A stretch of 64,000 nucleotides of DNA from Heptranchias perlo (taxonomy: Eukaryota), in contig NC_090352.1 of NCBI RefSeq assembly GCF_035084215.1, forward strand, positions 20,460,001 to 20,524,000, read 5' to 3'. How positions within the stretch are numbered: the stretch's first letter is position 1; the number at the start of each line of letters is the position of its first letter. The notes beneath the pieces are model-generated. The model was not told the origin of the DNA. It was given only the letters and a program-made list of their open reading frames with translations, and did no database searches. Below, piece after piece: positions 61,101 through 64,000 of this stretch. Both the position numbers and the translations under genes were made by a program.

Positions 61101-62639
61101 AAAGCTTGCGTTTACCTCCTCTTAGGCCTCAGGCTCTAAGTTGCAAAGTTCTGAAGTCTGATAATTTATCTTGCATAACAGGCTATTTTATTTTTTTCCA
61201 ATTGCACAAATTTGTCGTCATCCGTTCATTCATCAATCTATTATAAATTCGTTTAGTTCAATTTTGTATATAAAATAGATTACTAGGATTTATTATACGT
61301 TTTACATTGCAGAGTTTAACTCTTACCACCTAATGTTTTCAGATTACATTTTTGTCTGCTACTGTATAATAACGTTTATTGCGTGGGACAGAATTGGCTT
61401 GTCTAAATTAACAAAGTGGTACTTGCTTACATCTTTAGGAAGCCATTACATTGCAATAAACCAGAAATGACTAGTTGGTGCAATTTCCCACATGTATAAT
61501 TTGTGTTGGCTCTAGAAATATTGTAGAATTGCATATATTATGATTTAGTTATTACATTTTCATGCTGTAGTAAAACTACTACACAAATGAATTGACTGGT
61601 TCAATTTACAACCACTTCAGGTACTCATTTTAGCTAATCCTGTACCATTTATACACACAATATGTCAGATTCAATATGAAATGTGCTGTATCTATTGATT
61701 ACTAAAGGGTAACCCTCTTCTCCCAAGATGCTGGCTTTTTCTAACATTCCAAGAGCACTGCACCCAAGCTCTTCATTCTTGCTTCTAGATAGTGATGGCA
61801 GGCTATTTCATTATACGGGGTATTATAGTCGAGATCAACCATGATCATGTACACTCATTCAGTTTCCTGCTCGGAGCCGCTGGATAATGATGGGGTGGGA
61901 TCCTTGTCTTTCTCTTACTTTGCATAACCCCCCACACCCCAAAAAAAAAGCTGGGATACTGAGGTCAGTTGTAATCCCCCAGTGCTAGCTCAACTGAAGT
62001 GAGCTAGCTCAGCCGTGACTATCAATTAGATCTTGTTTGTATGACCTGGTGCTGTGCTGGGCAATGTCTTAATGTGCTAGGTCATGGGAGCTACAAACAA
62101 GTTTCTGAAGAAACAACTGAGGTTTTTCAGTGGAACTCTGTTATACATTTAAATTGCAGTGTTTGTGCCTTAAAGACAATTCTGAGATTGCTCTATTTAT
62201 TCTGCTGGTGTGCTCAATACTTTTGTGCCATTTATTCCTTGAGTTCCTTTAGTTTGCTTTGAAGTTGGTTTTGTGCTATGCAATTTTACACTTCTATAAA
62301 CCCATCATACCAATGGAAATGTATAGATTTACATGTTTAAAATTTAAAGCATAACCGTATCATGATTACACATACAGAATGATTCAAAAGTGCGAAGCCA
62401 GTGTGATATGACTATGGTACTGATCCAGCTTTATCGGAAGAAATTCTCAAAGTTGGGTTAACTTTGCGGCTACATGAGGCCATTAAAATGGGGCTCGATG
62501 CATTTTTCTGACGTTTTTCTTCTCTTGAAGATATTGACTACTGTGGTACAGTTCCACTTTATTATGTCTTCACCTGAGGTGGGGATGTAAAACATCAGGA
62601 TGTTACTTCATTACAGACACCACATCCTCTCCACCACAG

Positions 62640-63252
62640 AGGCCACTTAACATCCATCCACAGAACATTGCCAGATTCCATCCTTATCACTGCCCCTTTT
62701 CTGCTGAAATCCTTATAAATGCATTTGGTTCCAGATTCAACTATTGGAGCTCTCCTTGCCTGTCTCTTACTATACCCTCTGTGGTCTGACCTGCACTAAG
62801 TCCCAATCAGCCATCACCCCTCTCCTAACACCTACATTGGCTCTGCCTCCTCCGCGCCCCCCCCCCCCCCCCCCCCCCCCATGAAATTTTAAATCCTTGA
62901 CTTTAAATCCTTCCGTGGCCTCATCCCATCCTATCTGTACTATCTCCTCCAGCCTGATATTCGCCCTTCTCTTTCTCCTCCTCCCTCTCCCCCTTTGGAG
63001 CACTCCATTTCCCCACCTCACTTTATCCTGCTAGTGGTGGAAGAATCTTCAGCTGACTGGGTCTGATTCTGTTAAATTATCATAAACCTTTCCACTGCTC
63101 CTTTTAGAAACCGTCTCAAAAACCCATTTCTTCATCCAAGCCTTAGGTCACACCCTGTAATCTCTCTCCCTGCCTGACTTGGCCTTGCACCTATCTGTGA
63201 AGCATCTTGGGATGTTCTTTATGCTGAAGGCTGTATATAAATGTAAGTTGTT
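62640..63252 (+). mobile_element. Older degenerate L2 fragment
   Basis: CCTACATTGGCTC, TTTAAATCCTTCCGTGGCCTC and GCTGTATATAAATGTAAGTTGTT blocks; contains a C24 run. Confidence 0.6.
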
Positions 63253-63574
63253 TAACTTGATCTGGTGTTGTCTAACCTGAATTTTCAATGAAGTATAATA
63301 GTCCGACATGGGAAACCAAACCTTTTCCAAATAAACTTTGCCTTCCTACATTGAGGCCAGTTGTGCCCCCTTTTGCTGCTCTGATTAGAATCTTATGACT
63401 CTGGAGAAGTCTTCTGCTGTCTGGGGAATGGCACTTTAAATTTAATTATCAAAGCTGTTTGAAACTTTGCACCATTTTTGTTAGCTTAGTGGTAGCACTT
63501 GTCTGAGTCAGGTTGCGAATTAAAGCTTCACTCTAGGACTTGAGCACGTAATCTAGGCAGACACTTAATAAGAA

Positions 63575-64000
63575 TAGCAACTTGCATTTATAAAGATCCT
63601 TTAACTTAGGAAAACATCCCATGGTACTAAACAGTAACATCACACAAAAATTGACACCAAGGCAAAGGAGGAGATATTAGGAGGGGTGACTGAAAGCTTG
63701 GTCAAAGAGGTAGGATTTAAGGATAGCCTTGAAGGAGAGGTGCAGAGGTTTAAGGAGGGAATTCCAGAGCTTAGAGCTTAGATAGCTGAAGGCACTGCCA
63801 CCAATGATGGGGTGAAGGGAGTGCAGGATTGCAAGAGGCCAGAGTTTTTGAAGGGTTGTATGGCTGGAGGAGGTTAGAGATTTGGAGGGATTTAAACATG
63901 AGGATGAAAATCTTAAATTTGAGGCATTGGTGAACCAGACACCAATATAGGCCAGTGAGCACAGGAATGATGGGCTAGTGGGATATGGTGCAGGTTAGGA
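63575..64000 (-). mobile_element. L2 3' fragment running off the window end
   Basis: Reverse complement of the L2 tail (CAACTTGCATTTAT...AATTGACACC...GGGAATTCCAGAGCTTAG). Confidence 0.8.

Overview
This is a vertebrate genomic window, most likely from a cartilaginous fish (shark), judging by its repeat families. It carries the same gene order as human 17q12: ZNHIT3 (+, 5 coding exons, 2413-6066), MYO19 (-, 23 coding exons traced from 39763 to 10682, start exon unresolved), PIGW (+, single coding exon 49814-51340) and the first coding exon of GGNBP2 (+, 60681-60773). PIGW sits head-to-head with MYO19 on a shared CpG island. Introns and intergenic DNA are rich in DeuSINE-type SINEs, L2, CR1, Tx1/L1, Penelope-like and Harbinger remnants. 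The most notable observations are: (1) a three-level nested insertion (SINE > Tx1-like LINE > CR1) that creates an uninterrupted ~490-aa chimeric ORF; (2) two Penelope-derived insertions with target-site duplications, each carrying an intact minimal hammerhead-ribozyme motif; (3) a ~100-nt pre-miRNA-like hairpin with a miR-130/301/454-type seed between ZNHIT3 and MYO19; (4) a GC-AG intron in MYO19. I found no clearly new multi-gene system. Exon coordinates were read by hand, family names come from recalled motifs rather than database searches, and repeat boundaries are approximate.
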